DNA of 46,503 nt from Candidatus Actinomarina sp. (GTDB taxonomy: Bacteria; Actinomycetota; Acidimicrobiia; Actinomarinales; Actinomarinaceae). The stretch is taken from assembly GCA_041234785.1 (NCBI GenBank), contig JBEROH010000030.1:1-46503 (forward strand), written 5' to 3'. The notes beneath the pieces are model-generated. The model was given only the letters and a program-made list of their open reading frames with translations, searched no databases and had not been told where the DNA came from. The position numbers were made by a program, and so were the translations under genes. Of the stretch, positions 8,852 through 19,647 are shown piece by piece (position 1 is the stretch's first letter; each line of letters starts with the position of its first letter).

Positions 8852-10527
8852 CCGTTTTAGCTACAGCAGGACATGTAGATCACGGTAAGTCAACTTTAGT
8901 AAACTTTCTAACTGGTCAAGAGACTGATAGGTTAGATGAAGAAAAAAAACGTGGTCTCACTATCAATCTTGGATTCACATATTTTGAATATCAAAATGAA
9001 TTTGTATCAATTGTCGATGTACCTGGTCACAAAGATTACTTTAAAAACACAGTCGCAGGCTTTTCAAATGTTGATGCTGTGTTGTTCTGTATTGATGCTG
9101 TGCAAGGATGGTCTCAACAATCAGAAGAACACTTTCAAGCATTGATAAACCTTGATATTAAAAATATATTTTTTGTATTTACAAAAATCGATAAAATGGA
9201 AAACCGTAATCATATTGACAAATTAAAAACAAAAATTAGTAACTACACTACTTTCAATTTTGAAATTCTTGAATACAGTTCTATAAAAAGCGACAGGAAT
9301 GAAGTACAAATTAAAATTATTAACTATCTAAAAAATATAATAAAACCTTCATACCCACCATGTTTATGGGTTGATCGAACGTTTAATATTGATGGTGTCG
9401 GTAAAGTTGTAACCGGTACTGCAAGTAAAATTTTCAATTTAGAAAATATTTTTGTAGATTGTGACCAAACAAAATTGGACATTAGAGAAGTTCAAAATGT
9501 AAGTAATAAAATTAAGTCAATTTCCTCTTCAAGCAGATTGGCAATTTCATTTAAAAAAAATAATGAATCTCTACCCGAACGAGGTTCGCTTCTAACAAAT
9601 CAATTAAACCAACGATATAGATATGTTTTTATAGAGGAAAACGATGCAAGTGATGAAATAACTACTAAGGGCACTATAAGAATTTATATGGGGACAGGAA
9701 ATTGTATTGTTAAAAATATTCAGTATTTAAATATTGAACAAAAAAAAGTTCTACTTATTGAATTCAATAATTATCAAGTATTAATTCCAAATCAAACCAT
9801 CCTCCTACACAATCTTTCTACAAACGAATTTTATGGAGGTAAAATTATTGAAGCCTCTAACAATTACTTTCATATAAAAAAACTTGTTAATGATTCTAAA
9901 AATGAAAATTTTCTTTCAATTGATGATTTACATATATTTTATGAAAAAGAGAATCCTTTGAATATCAAACATTTTGTAGAAATTCATAACAAACTAATAC
10001 CTAAAAAGAAATTTGAAAATATATCGATTGATATTTTAAATAATCTTGAAAAAGTAAACTCTATTGGAGTTTATGAATATCTTTTTAAAGTTCATTTTGT
10101 TGAAACTGAGTTTGTTGAAGACCTTTGTAAGGCAATCGCAGATATAAAACTATCTAACAATCAAATTTTTCTAGATAAAAATAGTAAAGTGAATGAAACA
10201 TTATATTTAAAAATAAATAGCCTTCTTTCCCAAGATTTAAACGTAAACAAAGTAGATTTAAGCAACTTTAATAAAAAAGATATTAAGACATTATTTATGA
10301 ATGAATATTTGTATAGAATTGATAGCAATTTATTAATCTCTAGAGAACATAAAAATAAACTACTCCAAGTAATTGAAGAGCTACCTAATCAATTTTCAGT
10401 CAGTGATTTTAAAAACCTTACAAATCTATCACGAAAATACTCAATACCTTACTTAGAATTTTTAGACAAATTAAACATTACATCAAAAATTGATAGTGAC
10501 GGTACACGAAAAAAACTAAAAAAATAA
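8848..10527 (+). CDS. selB: Selenocysteine-specific elongation factor
   Basis: TAGHVDHGKSTL, TDRL.EEK.RG.TI.LGF, DVPGH, Q..EH, TKID; C-terminal winged helix LSRKYSIP.LEFLD; ATGA overlap with selA. Confidence 0.95.
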   Translation: MTVLATAGHVDHGKSTLVNFLTGQETDRLDEEKKRGLTINLGFTYFEYQNEFVSIVDVPGHKDYFKNTVAGFSNVDAVLFCIDAVQGWSQQSEEHFQALINLDIKNIFFVFTKIDKMENRNHIDKLKTKISNYTTFNFEILEYSSIKSDRNEVQIKIINYLKNIIKPSYPPCLWVDRTFNIDGVGKVVTGTASKIFNLENIFVDCDQTKLDIREVQNVSNKIKSISSSSRLAISFKKNNESLPERGSLLTNQLNQRYRYVFIEENDASDEITTKGTIRIYMGTGNCIVKNIQYLNIEQKKVLLIEFNNYQVLIPNQTILLHNLSTNEFYGGKIIEASNNYFHIKKLVNDSKNENFLSIDDLHIFYEKENPLNIKHFVEIHNKLIPKKKFENISIDILNNLEKVNSIGVYEYLFKVHFVETEFVEDLCKAIADIKLSNNQIFLDKNSKVNETLYLKINSLLSQDLNVNKVDLSNFNKKDIKTLFMNEYLYRIDSNLLISREHKNKLLQVIEELPNQFSVSDFKNLTNLSRKYSIPYLEFLDKLNITSKIDSDGTRKKLKK

Positions 10528-10535
10528 GAGCACTG

Positions 10536-12224
10536 TCATTTATTACTTTTAATAAACTCTTCGATTTTCATTTCCAAGATTGGTAATGTAATGCCTCCGT
10601 CACAAAGAACTTCATCATGGAAAAGTCTTATATCAAATTTTTCACCAAGTTCACTCTCTGCTTTCTTGCGTAACTCTTGAATTTTTAACTGCCCCATTTT
10701 ATAGGAACACGCCTGTCCTGGCCAAGCAATATATCTATCTGTTTCAATATTTGCGTTTATTTCTTCTATTGGTGAATTAGCCTGAAAGAAATCAATTGCT
10801 TGGCCCCGAGACCAACCCAATCCATGCATTCCAGTGTCTAATACAAGCCTACAAGCTCTCCAGGCATCATTTCCTAACCTACCTAATTGTTGAACATTAC
10901 TTGAGTAAAGCCCCATTTCGTTTGCAAGCTGTTCTGCATACAATCCCCAACCTTCAACAAAGGCAGTAGAAGCAGTATATTTTTGAAAATCAGGTACTCC
11001 TTGTAATTCAACTGCAATTGTTCTATCTAAATGATGCCCCGGAATAGCTTCATGAAATGCAACACTTTCTGCTTCGAACACACTCTTAGTTTCTGCCTTA
11101 TATGTGTTTAAAAAATATGTTCCGTCTCTAGATCCATCAGGAAGAGGTGGAAAATAATATGCTGGTGGAGCATGTTTTTCTGACTCAGCAGGGACTGGTA
11201 ATACTTTACATGGTGATTTAGGAAAGACTGTAAACCATTCACTAAGAGGTTTATAAGCTCTTTCAATAGTATCAATTGCTAGTTGTAACATTTGTTCTTT
11301 ACTTTCATAACGCATAGAAGGTTCAGTTTGCATTAAGTTAAGCACTTGTTCTGGGGACTCAACGCCATTAAAAACACTCTTCCCTATTTCAAAAAATTCA
11401 ACTTTTAATCTTTCAATCTCTGACATTCCTATCTCATGAACTTCTTTTACAGTTATATCTTTATGACCAGTAAATTTTCTTAGATTTCTTAAATAAATTT
11501 CTTCACCCCCTTCGATCCACATAATGCCTGCTTTTTCATCTGGTCTTCCAGCGGGTAGATGATTATTTTTTAATTGGTCAAGATAAGAGACAACTTGAGG
11601 TCTAACGTAAATTTCAAGAATTTCTTTAGCTTTATCTTTCCAACTACCTATTTCTTGTTCTGTAAAGGTTGGAGAAAAGTTGACTAATAACATGGGGTCT
11701 TGATCTAGACTAGTTGCTAAATAACTCTCTAATTGATCAATCGTTCTTAAAATATTTCTTTCTGTTGCTACTTTGTTATTTGCAAGTCCTAACGATTGAA
11801 CTTCTTCAATTTGGCTAAATAATTTTTTATAAAGTTCAAACCTTTTTAACAACATATCTGCAGATTCATGATCTGGAACAAAAAGTTGTTGATTGTAATC
11901 TATTAAAAAACTTTGGAATCCCATTACACCAGCGTCATATTCCCAGCTTTTGTCTAATAATGAATTCTTGTTTGATTCCAATGCAAATTGCAGCATGCCG
12001 TGAGTTACTTTTTCTCTACTACTTAATTCTGTAAAATTAAATTTTTCCAGCCTTGAAGTCAGGTCATTTACGGTTTTTAAATCTTTTTCGTACTGTTCAT
12101 TAGAGAGGTCTTCAATTTTATCGAAATATTCTTTTTTGCCCCTCATGATCGCAGATGTAGGTGAAGAATTTAGAGAAGCCTTAAAAAAATCTTCAGACAG
12201 TTGTTGTAGTTGGATATTTTTCAT
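10536..12224 (-). CDS. DUF885 family protein (putative metallopeptidase fold)
   Basis: HEAIPGHH, AFVEGWGLYAE, WRA.RLVLDTG.H, RYI.WPGQA.SYK.G motifs. Confidence 0.9.
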   Translation of the reverse strand: MKNIQLQQLSEDFFKASLNSSPTSAIMRGKKEYFDKIEDLSNEQYEKDLKTVNDLTSRLEKFNFTELSSREKVTHGMLQFALESNKNSLLDKSWEYDAGVMGFQSFLIDYNQQLFVPDHESADMLLKRFELYKKLFSQIEEVQSLGLANNKVATERNILRTIDQLESYLATSLDQDPMLLVNFSPTFTEQEIGSWKDKAKEILEIYVRPQVVSYLDQLKNNHLPAGRPDEKAGIMWIEGGEEIYLRNLRKFTGHKDITVKEVHEIGMSEIERLKVEFFEIGKSVFNGVESPEQVLNLMQTEPSMRYESKEQMLQLAIDTIERAYKPLSEWFTVFPKSPCKVLPVPAESEKHAPPAYYFPPLPDGSRDGTYFLNTYKAETKSVFEAESVAFHEAIPGHHLDRTIAVELQGVPDFQKYTASTAFVEGWGLYAEQLANEMGLYSSNVQQLGRLGNDAWRACRLVLDTGMHGLGWSRGQAIDFFQANSPIEEINANIETDRYIAWPGQACSYKMGQLKIQELRKKAESELGEKFDIRLFHDEVLCDGGITLPILEMKIEEFIKSNK

Positions 12225-12964
12225 TAATTTTCCTTTTTTAAGTTTTGAATTTCAATTTCAAGTTTATCTATTTTTTTAGCTAACTCGTCCATTGTCATCT
12301 CATTATCGCTAAAAGTAGATATAAAATAGGATGAAATTGCAGCAGTTATTGTGGCTATAAAGCCAATACCCATAATCATTAGTGTACTTGCAATTATCCT
12401 TCCCAATGTCGTCATAGGAGTTATGTCCCCATACCCAACTGTTGTAATAGTAACTAATGCCCACCACAAGCCATCGCTGTAAGTATTTACTCCAGGTTCT
12501 GAGATGAAAAATAAAAAACCAAAAAACAGAATTATGCCTATTGTTGCATAAACAATAAATCTTAAACCTTTGGAATTAAAAATTGATTTTACTGTATAAG
12601 TAAATTTTGTAAGTAGAGCGGCAAGTCTAAAATATCTTAATCCATTTAAAAGTCTAGGAAGTCTTGCAAATCTTAAAAATCCTGACGACTGCAATCCTTG
12701 AGGGACGATAGGAAAAGAAAATATAACGATTATTAGTTCAATCTTATGTGATTTTATAAAATCTGATTTATTTTCAGCTAGATAAAGCAATACAGCATAT
12801 TCAAGAAAAAATATTGTCCAAATTCCCCAATTTAAATTAACTGCAACAGTGATTAGACTTTTAGCCTGGTACTCGATAATAAAAACAGGAATTAACATCA
12901 TAACTGAAATCATTACTGGAATTTCAAAAAATTTTTGAGCCTTTAAAAATTGTTGACTATTCAT
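12224..12964 (-). CDS. Voltage-gated-type potassium channel (6TM)
   Basis: Selectivity filter WW..VTITTVGYGD; Arg-periodic S4-like segment RFARLPRLLNGLRYFR. Confidence 0.93.
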   Translation of the reverse strand: MNSQQFLKAQKFFEIPVMISVMMLIPVFIIEYQAKSLITVAVNLNWGIWTIFFLEYAVLLYLAENKSDFIKSHKIELIIVIFSFPIVPQGLQSSGFLRFARLPRLLNGLRYFRLAALLTKFTYTVKSIFNSKGLRFIVYATIGIILFFGFLFFISEPGVNTYSDGLWWALVTITTVGYGDITPMTTLGRIIASTLMIMGIGFIATITAAISSYFISTFSDNEMTMDELAKKIDKLEIEIQNLKKEN

Positions 12965-13020
12965 ATAGACATTATAAAACTAGCAAACAAAGTTTTGTGA
13001 ACTATTGTTAAAATTAAGTT

Positions 13021-14301
13021 ATGAACAGGGTTCTTTTTTTCGTATTATTTTTTATCATGATAATAATTCCTCTTCGCGCCAATGATTCTAATTTTGAATT
13101 TATTGACAATTTTTTAATAAATAGTTTAAGTGGGGATTTAGAAAACTCAGAGACTGAAGAAGAAAATAAAAATTCTATCAAATTAACTGATGTCCAACTT
13201 ATTACACTTCAAGATAAATTTAATGAATTAAATAAAATTACTGAACTTTCCAATGCAAAACTAATTAATGATTATGAAAAATTTTTAGAGGAAAATCAAA
13301 AAAAACTGAATGTAATATTAGCGTTTCATAGATTTGAAACCTTTAAAGAAAAAGAGAACGGTATCAAAGGAATCTATGTAAACGGTTACGATTTTATCAG
13401 AGATTCAAAAATGGATAGTATTAAAAATATACTTTCCACGACAGTAGTAAATACATTAGTTCTTGACGTAAAAACAGATAATGGTCATCTAATGTACCAA
13501 AGCACTTTAGAAGAAGCTCTAACTTTGAACAATATAAGAGTTAAATATGACAAGGAAATATTAAATCAATTTAAAAATGAATATAATGTTTATCTCATTG
13601 GGAGAGTAGTTGCTTTTCAAGACCCAATTTTTTCAAAAATATTTACTGATTCAGCAATCTTAGACGCAAAGGATGATCAACCTTATTCTCAAAATGAGCA
13701 GTACTTTTTAGACCCTAGTGATGATTTCGCTAAACAATATATTTTAAATATCGCTTTAGAGGCCTGTGAGTTAGGTTTTGATGAAATACAATTTGACTAT
13801 ATTAGGTATCCCGATACTAACTATAGTGATTTAATTTTTGATCAAGAAAGTACAACAGAATCTAGAGTTCAAAATATAAACTATTTTTTAAAGACTGCAA
13901 CCTTAGAGATAAATCAAAAAGGCTGCTTAGTTTCAGCTGACATTTTTGGTATTGCTATAAATGTTAAAAATGATAGTGGGATTGGTCAATATTTAGAGAC
14001 TTTAACCGAACAGGTAAATTTTATTTCTCCTATGGTTTATCCATCACACTATTCTTCAGGTTCATTTGGATATAAAAATCCTAATGATTTTCCATATGAA
14101 GTTATTACAGCTTCTTTAAAACAAGGTCTATCAAGAGGTGTTCCTGAAGCTAAACTAAGACCGTTCCTCCAGGCATTTTGGCACACTAATGAAGAGATTC
14201 GTTTAAATATCAAAGCATCTGAAGATCTGGGGTTGGATTGGCTTTTGTGGAATAATTCAAGTCGATATGATGCAGAAATATTTAGTAAACTTAATTCATG
14301 A
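13021..14301 (+). CDS. Putative glycoside hydrolase (DUF4015-like), secreted or anchored
   Basis: Signal-like N-terminus; KGIY, V.DVK.D.G, RVV.F.D, GFDEIQFDYIRYP and SPMVYPSHY motifs. Confidence 0.85.
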   Translation: MNRVLFFVLFFIMIIIPLRANDSNFEFIDNFLINSLSGDLENSETEEENKNSIKLTDVQLITLQDKFNELNKITELSNAKLINDYEKFLEENQKKLNVILAFHRFETFKEKENGIKGIYVNGYDFIRDSKMDSIKNILSTTVVNTLVLDVKTDNGHLMYQSTLEEALTLNNIRVKYDKEILNQFKNEYNVYLIGRVVAFQDPIFSKIFTDSAILDAKDDQPYSQNEQYFLDPSDDFAKQYILNIALEACELGFDEIQFDYIRYPDTNYSDLIFDQESTTESRVQNINYFLKTATLEINQKGCLVSADIFGIAINVKNDSGIGQYLETLTEQVNFISPMVYPSHYSSGSFGYKNPNDFPYEVITASLKQGLSRGVPEAKLRPFLQAFWHTNEEIRLNIKASEDLGLDWLLWNNSSRYDAEIFSKLNS

Positions 14302-15446
14302 CAAATAAAGAAAAATTTAAAAAATCACTAGATAGTATTTACCAAGAATTATGTAATGTTAATGACTGGATGTACGAAAATCCAGAACTGGGTTTCGAAG
14401 AGTATAAAACTTCCAAATACCTTGTTGAGTTTATTGAAAAATATAGTTCGAAAGTTCAGTACCCAACCCATGAACTAGACACAGCATTTCAAATAACTTT
14501 TGGAGAAAGTGGTCCACTTGTTGTTATATGTGTTGAGTATGATGCATTACCTGAAATTGGTCACGCATGTGGGCATAATATCATTGCCACAGCTGCACTA
14601 GGAGCTGGACTGAGCTTAAAAGAACTCGCTAGTGAGTTAGGAGTTAGAGTAAAATTGTTAGGCACTCCAGCAGAAGAAGGTGGAGGAGGTAAAATTGTTC
14701 TTCTTGAAAGAGGCGCATTTGAAGATGCTTCTTGTTCTATGATGATCCACCCTGGTTTTGAAAATGTTGTTAATCCTACATTTACAACTATTCAGCAATA
14801 CACTGTGGAATATTTTGGAAAAGATGCACATGCAGCTGGTGCTCCAGATCAAGGGATTAATGCATTAGATGCTCAAATTCAACTTTTTGTTAACGCTTCT
14901 ACGTATCGCCAGCAAATGGTGCAAAGTAATAGAATGCACGGAGTAATCAGAGATGGGGGGTATAAACCAAATATAATACCTTCGTATACAAAATCAGAAT
15001 GGTATTTACGTTCATTAAATGGCGAAGGGTTGGTAGAGTTAGAAAAAGATTTTCATAATTTTGTTAATGCTGCAGCTTTAGCGACAAAATGTAAGGTAAA
15101 AATTTCCTCCCCAGATTATCGTTATGAAGAAATAGTTAACAATGAAACGTTATTCAATTTATATTTAGAAAATTCTCTTGAAGTTGGAAGAAAAATGATT
15201 TTACAACAAGATGCAACAAGACCGGGGCTAGGGTCAACAGATATGGGAAATATTTCTAAGGCATTTCCATCCATTCACCCAATGTTATCTATTGATGCAG
15301 TAGATGCTGTGAATCATCAACCAGAATATGCAGCAGCAACAATAACCAAAGGAGGTCATAAAGCTATCTACGATGGAGCTTATGCTATGGGTGCGACCAT
15401 TATCGATTTAGTTGAGAAAAACCTATGGAGCAAACTTAAGGATTAA
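14298..15446 (+). CDS. M20 family amidohydrolase (ACY1L2/AbgB-like)
   Basis: [33 protein letters not shown] and GSTDMGN motifs. Confidence 0.92.
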   Translation: MTNKEKFKKSLDSIYQELCNVNDWMYENPELGFEEYKTSKYLVEFIEKYSSKVQYPTHELDTAFQITFGESGPLVVICVEYDALPEIGHACGHNIIATAALGAGLSLKELASELGVRVKLLGTPAEEGGGGKIVLLERGAFEDASCSMMIHPGFENVVNPTFTTIQQYTVEYFGKDAHAAGAPDQGINALDAQIQLFVNASTYRQQMVQSNRMHGVIRDGGYKPNIIPSYTKSEWYLRSLNGEGLVELEKDFHNFVNAAALATKCKVKISSPDYRYEEIVNNETLFNLYLENSLEVGRKMILQQDATRPGLGSTDMGNISKAFPSIHPMLSIDAVDAVNHQPEYAAATITKGGHKAIYDGAYAMGATIIDLVEKNLWSKLKD

Positions 15447-16171
15447 AGAATTTGACTTAAGAATAGTTTAGTTCGATCACTCTTTGGGTTGTTAAAGAAC
15501 TCATCTGGGGTATTTTCTTCAACTAACTGGCCATCATCAAACAACATTACTCTGTCTGCAACCTCTTTTGCAAAACCCATTTCGTGAGTGACGACAATCA
15601 TTGTCATCCCAGATTTTGCTAGCTCTTTCATTACATCGAGCACTTCTTTAATCATTTCTGGATCAAGTGCAGAAGTAGGTTCGTCGAATAACATAATTTT
15701 TGGTTCCATAGCTAAAGCTCGTGCAATAGCAACTCTTTGTTGTTGTCCACCAGATAGTTGTCCTGGAAACTTATCTGCCTGTTCTGGAATTCCCACTCTG
15801 TTTAGTAGTTCCATAGCTTTTTCTTCTGCTTCTGATTTACTTTTTTTCCTTACCCAAATAGGAGCTAATGTAATATTTTGCATAACAGTAAGGTGCGGGA
15901 AGAGATTGAAGCTTTGGAAAACCATTCCCACTTCAGATCTAATTGCTTCAATGTTTTTAATGTCATTAGTTAATTGAATTCCGTCAACAACTATTTCTCC
16001 ATCTTGATGTTGTTCTAATCTATTGATGCAACGAATAAAAGTTGATTTACCAGAACCAGATGGCCCACAAACAACCAACACTTCGCCTTCTTGAACTTCC
16101 ATAGTTATGCCTTTTAAGGCTTGGAAATCTCCGTACCATTTTTTTACATCTTTTGCGGATATTATGCTCAT
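15443..16171 (-). CDS. aapP: Polar amino-acid ABC transporter ATPase (AapP/BztD/GlnQ type)
   Basis: [24 protein letters not shown] and [11 protein letters not shown] motifs. Confidence 0.9.
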   Translation of the reverse strand: MSIISAKDVKKWYGDFQALKGITMEVQEGEVLVVCGPSGSGKSTFIRCINRLEQHQDGEIVVDGIQLTNDIKNIEAIRSEVGMVFQSFNLFPHLTVMQNITLAPIWVRKKSKSEAEEKAMELLNRVGIPEQADKFPGQLSGGQQQRVAIARALAMEPKIMLFDEPTSALDPEMIKEVLDVMKELAKSGMTMIVVTHEMGFAKEVADRVMLFDDGQLVEENTPDEFFNNPKSDRTKLFLSQIL

Positions 16172-16176
16172 AATAT

Positions 16177-17991
16177 TTATCTTTCTCCTAATCCTAATCG
16201 TTTTTCAATTTTCATGCTTCTTCGAGAAAAGCTATAAGTAAAAACCCAATAAAGCAATGCACAGAATACAATGTTTTCCAAAACAGTGCCTAAAAAGTTA
16301 GCCCCTTGTGACTGAGCGGGTATAACTTTAATTCCAACAAATAATAAATCAAAAAGACCAACAATTGCAACTAGGCTGGTGTCTTTAAATAAACTGATTA
16401 CTTGACTTACTAATGTAGGGATAACTGCTCTTAATGCTTGAGGTAGTACAATTAAACTAATTCTTTGAATTGTATTTAAGCCGACTGCATCAGCAGCCTC
16501 AAACTGTCCTTTATTAATTGACTGTAATCCACCTCTAACATTTTCAGCAAGATAAGCTGAGCTAAATATTGCTGTTACAGCTATAGCTCTTACAACTTCG
16601 TCAAACTCAACACCACGAGGAAGAAATAGAGACAGCATGACACTACCAAAAAATAACCAAGTAATAAATGGGACTGATCTAACTAATTCAATAATTGCTG
16701 TGCATATTATTCTCACTATTGGCAATTTTGAAGTTCTGCCAAGAGCTAATAAGATTCCAAGTGGTGATGAAAGTAGAACACCAAAATAGGCAATAATCCA
16801 AGTAAGAGCAAATCCTCCATAAATTGAAGAACCAGGAACTTCAATAAGAGTTTCTGAAGTTCCACCCCTCATTAAAAATAAAATTATTGAAATAGACAAT
16901 GTCCAAATAATCAATAAATTTTTAGAGTTCTCCTTTGTGTTAGAAATGTATGGAGATACAGATGTGAGTAAAAAATAAAGAAAAAATATTATTTTTAATT
17001 GTCTTAATATTGGTAAAAATAACGATACAAAAAAAATAGCTAGGGTTATGTAGAAAAAATATTTTTGGTACTTTTTATTTTTTTCTTGATTCAATATAAA
17101 CAAAGAAATGTAACCTAAGACCACACCTACAGCTATTAGTGGTAAGTCAATTGAGTATATAGAAACTAGACTAAAATCTGGTTTTCTATATATCCAAGTA
17201 ACAACGAGTAAAGGTAGTAAAAACCACGATACTGGTATCACTTTTTTAAGTGCAGTTACTTGTTTTGAATTAAAAGATTTACCAAGATAATAAAAGCCAA
17301 TTAGGACAAAATATAATACAGTCCATGGAATCGTCGTTGAACTTGCAACAGGCAGATACTGATCTTGAACTCTAACATTTGCACTATCAAAAACTACAGT
17401 AGGAACTTTAACTATCCAAATAGAAAGTACAAAAATACCAAGATATGCAAAACTTAATAAATCTTTTAATACTTGAGTATTTGAAAACTTTAGCCTTACA
17501 AATATCGTAACACCTAACAAAATTGTCACATACCCCAAAAAAAGTAACCTGGTATTTAATTGAAAAACTTCCTCTTGAATACCCTGGACTTTGTCTGTAG
17601 TAACAGATGTAGGTGTTATTAAAACAAATAGAAATAATACAACAAATAGTTTAATTAATTTGTCCATAGCATTTTTAATTGTTATATGAATATTTTCTGA
17701 ATTATAACCCCAGGTTAATCCAAACATTACAATTACAAGCCCAACAGTAATCCAAACTCTAATAAAGTCAGACTCTGGATAAGCTTGTACCATATAAAGT
17801 TGTAAATTGTAAGTAATCGCAGTCCACTGTCTTTCAGGTGAAATAACAAAACTTATTATTCCACGAAATAAACCTATCAGAGCAACGATTGTAGTTAATG
17901 TTAAAACCACTGATCTGTAACTTGAGAACAAATTTTCCCTAAGCCATCTTTTTACAACTCCATAATCAACTTTTGTAGTTGTTTCAATCAT
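16177..17991 (-). CDS. aapM: Amino-acid ABC transporter permease (AapM/BztC type, enlarged)
   Basis: [41 protein letters not shown] motifs. Confidence 0.85.
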   Translation of the reverse strand: MIETTTKVDYGVVKRWLRENLFSSYRSVVLTLTTIVALIGLFRGIISFVISPERQWTAITYNLQLYMVQAYPESDFIRVWITVGLVIVMFGLTWGYNSENIHITIKNAMDKLIKLFVVLFLFVLITPTSVTTDKVQGIQEEVFQLNTRLLFLGYVTILLGVTIFVRLKFSNTQVLKDLLSFAYLGIFVLSIWIVKVPTVVFDSANVRVQDQYLPVASSTTIPWTVLYFVLIGFYYLGKSFNSKQVTALKKVIPVSWFLLPLLVVTWIYRKPDFSLVSIYSIDLPLIAVGVVLGYISLFILNQEKNKKYQKYFFYITLAIFFVSLFLPILRQLKIIFFLYFLLTSVSPYISNTKENSKNLLIIWTLSISIILFLMRGGTSETLIEVPGSSIYGGFALTWIIAYFGVLLSSPLGILLALGRTSKLPIVRIICTAIIELVRSVPFITWLFFGSVMLSLFLPRGVEFDEVVRAIAVTAIFSSAYLAENVRGGLQSINKGQFEAADAVGLNTIQRISLIVLPQALRAVIPTLVSQVISLFKDTSLVAIVGLFDLLFVGIKVIPAQSQGANFLGTVLENIVFCALLYWVFTYSFSRRSMKIEKRLGLGER

Positions 17992-19538
17992 TATCTCTCC
18001 ACGATCTTTAACTTTTTGTTATAAAAATTAACAATAGATGATAAGGTCAAGCTTACAAATGAATAGAAAGCCATCCAAATTAAAAAGACCGCTATAGTTT
18101 GGCCTTCCTGATTGTACAGAGTTTGACCTACCGAAACAATCTCTGGAAATGCTACAGCTATGCCTAATGAAGTATTTTTAGCTAAGTTTAAATATTGATT
18201 ACCCATTGGAGGAAGCATTATTCTGAGAGCTTGAGGTAATACAATCAGACGAAGTAAGGTGCTTCTTTTAAGACCTAATGATAGACCGGCTTCGCTTTGT
18301 CCTTTAGCAACAGCCATGATTCCAGATCTAACTACTTCTGAAATAAATACAGATGTATACAAAACAACACCTACCCAAGTTGCAAAGTAACCTACGGTCA
18401 TAACTTTTCCAACTTCTTGTGAATAATTTGTAAAGGTAGAGGACCCAGCTTGTATAGCTTCTGGATAGCTAACAGAAAATGGAGATCCAGAATAATTCCA
18501 GTCAAGTTTATTTTGTATACCTTGAAAAAACTGTGGGATTCCCCAATTTGATTTAAAAAATGATTCATTCCCAAGTAAAAAGTCTGAGATTGCAATACCT
18601 AGTGGTAAAAACATACCAATTATTAAAGCCAACAACAATAGAACAGTTATAACTAACTTAAATATATCGTCATCTGTTAAAATACCTTTGTTCTCAGCAC
18701 TCCTAGTTCTCTTCACTTCGCTTGTAATATATCGAACTGCATAAAATGAACCAATCGCAATAAATAAAATTTGAATACCAATACGAGGAAACACGTCAAA
18801 TACACTCCCCACAAGTGCAGCAACATACCCCACTACACCAACTAGTTTATAGGCACCCATCCAACCTAAAATGTTTGAAATTATTAAGAAAAGCAGAGAA
18901 TATATACCTGGATAAGCTTCTCGTCCATATTTTTCTAAAACAGAAACTCTCCATTTAAAAACTTTTCTGGTCAAATATAGCGAAAGAATAAACCATAATC
19001 CAAATAACCAACTAGATTCTCCTGGATCTAACCACGGAAATGCTATTCCTTTAGCGCTGATATGAATAACATGTTGGCCTCTGTCAGTTGCTTCAAGTCT
19101 TGGAAAGGAGATGAGAACAGCTTGCCAAAAGAAGATTTGAACTAAAAGTGGTATGTTTCTTACTAACTCAACAAGACCTGTAGTCGATTTCTCAACAATC
19201 CAGTTTTTAGACAATCTTGCTATACCCATAATTGTTCCTAATATTGTTGCAAAAAATATACCGGAAACAGTTATTCTTAACATGTTCGCTATACCTATTT
19301 GTATAGCTTCTATACCAGATTCTGGATAAGTTTTAAAACCTTCTGAAACTTGGATTCCTGGAGTTGTTCCTAAAAATCTCCAAGAAAATGGAAGATTTGT
19401 TGCAGTCAGATTAGTAATTGCTTGAGAAAAAAATCCTCTTAATGAATTGAATACTAAAAATAAAACAAATATTTGAAAAGCCCATTTTAAAAACCTAACA
19501 TCTCTCCAAAATGCAAAATTAAATTTACTTTTATTCAT
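17991..19538 (-). CDS. aapQ: Amino-acid ABC transporter permease (AapQ/BztB type, enlarged)
   Basis: GIARLS.NW, RNIPLL.Q, SEVVRSGI.AV.KGQ.EA, NQYLNL.KNTSL motifs. Confidence 0.85.
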   Translation of the reverse strand: MNKSKFNFAFWRDVRFLKWAFQIFVLFLVFNSLRGFFSQAITNLTATNLPFSWRFLGTTPGIQVSEGFKTYPESGIEAIQIGIANMLRITVSGIFFATILGTIMGIARLSKNWIVEKSTTGLVELVRNIPLLVQIFFWQAVLISFPRLEATDRGQHVIHISAKGIAFPWLDPGESSWLFGLWFILSLYLTRKVFKWRVSVLEKYGREAYPGIYSLLFLIISNILGWMGAYKLVGVVGYVAALVGSVFDVFPRIGIQILFIAIGSFYAVRYITSEVKRTRSAENKGILTDDDIFKLVITVLLLLALIIGMFLPLGIAISDFLLGNESFFKSNWGIPQFFQGIQNKLDWNYSGSPFSVSYPEAIQAGSSTFTNYSQEVGKVMTVGYFATWVGVVLYTSVFISEVVRSGIMAVAKGQSEAGLSLGLKRSTLLRLIVLPQALRIMLPPMGNQYLNLAKNTSLGIAVAFPEIVSVGQTLYNQEGQTIAVFLIWMAFYSFVSLTLSSIVNFYNKKLKIVER

Positions 19539-19599
19539 TTTTATTAGTTGATGATACCATTCGAAAACTTTCTTATCTAGTGTACTTTTTAAAATTTGT

Positions 19600-19627
19600 A
19601 AAAAGAAAGGGGCTTAGAGCCCCTTTC
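19600..19627 (-). terminator. Intrinsic terminator after the substrate-binding protein gene
   Basis: Perfect 10-bp stem GAAAGGGGCT-cta-AGCCCCTTTC followed by TTTTT on the minus strand, 20 nt after the stop. Confidence 0.85.
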
Positions 19628-19647
19628 CCTAAAACGTTAAGTTTTAA

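Noticed and set aside
10536-10538. TGA stop of the DUF885 gene as a possible Sec codon
   Set aside because: The domain is complete, no SECIS-like hairpin was seen, and readthrough would run antisense into selB. Other TGA stops noted are in start/stop overlaps.
12994-13011. Second Rex-like site (TTGTGAACTATTGTTAAA)
   Set aside because: Only one half-site matches; the rest is explained by the extended -10 of the gene at 13021.
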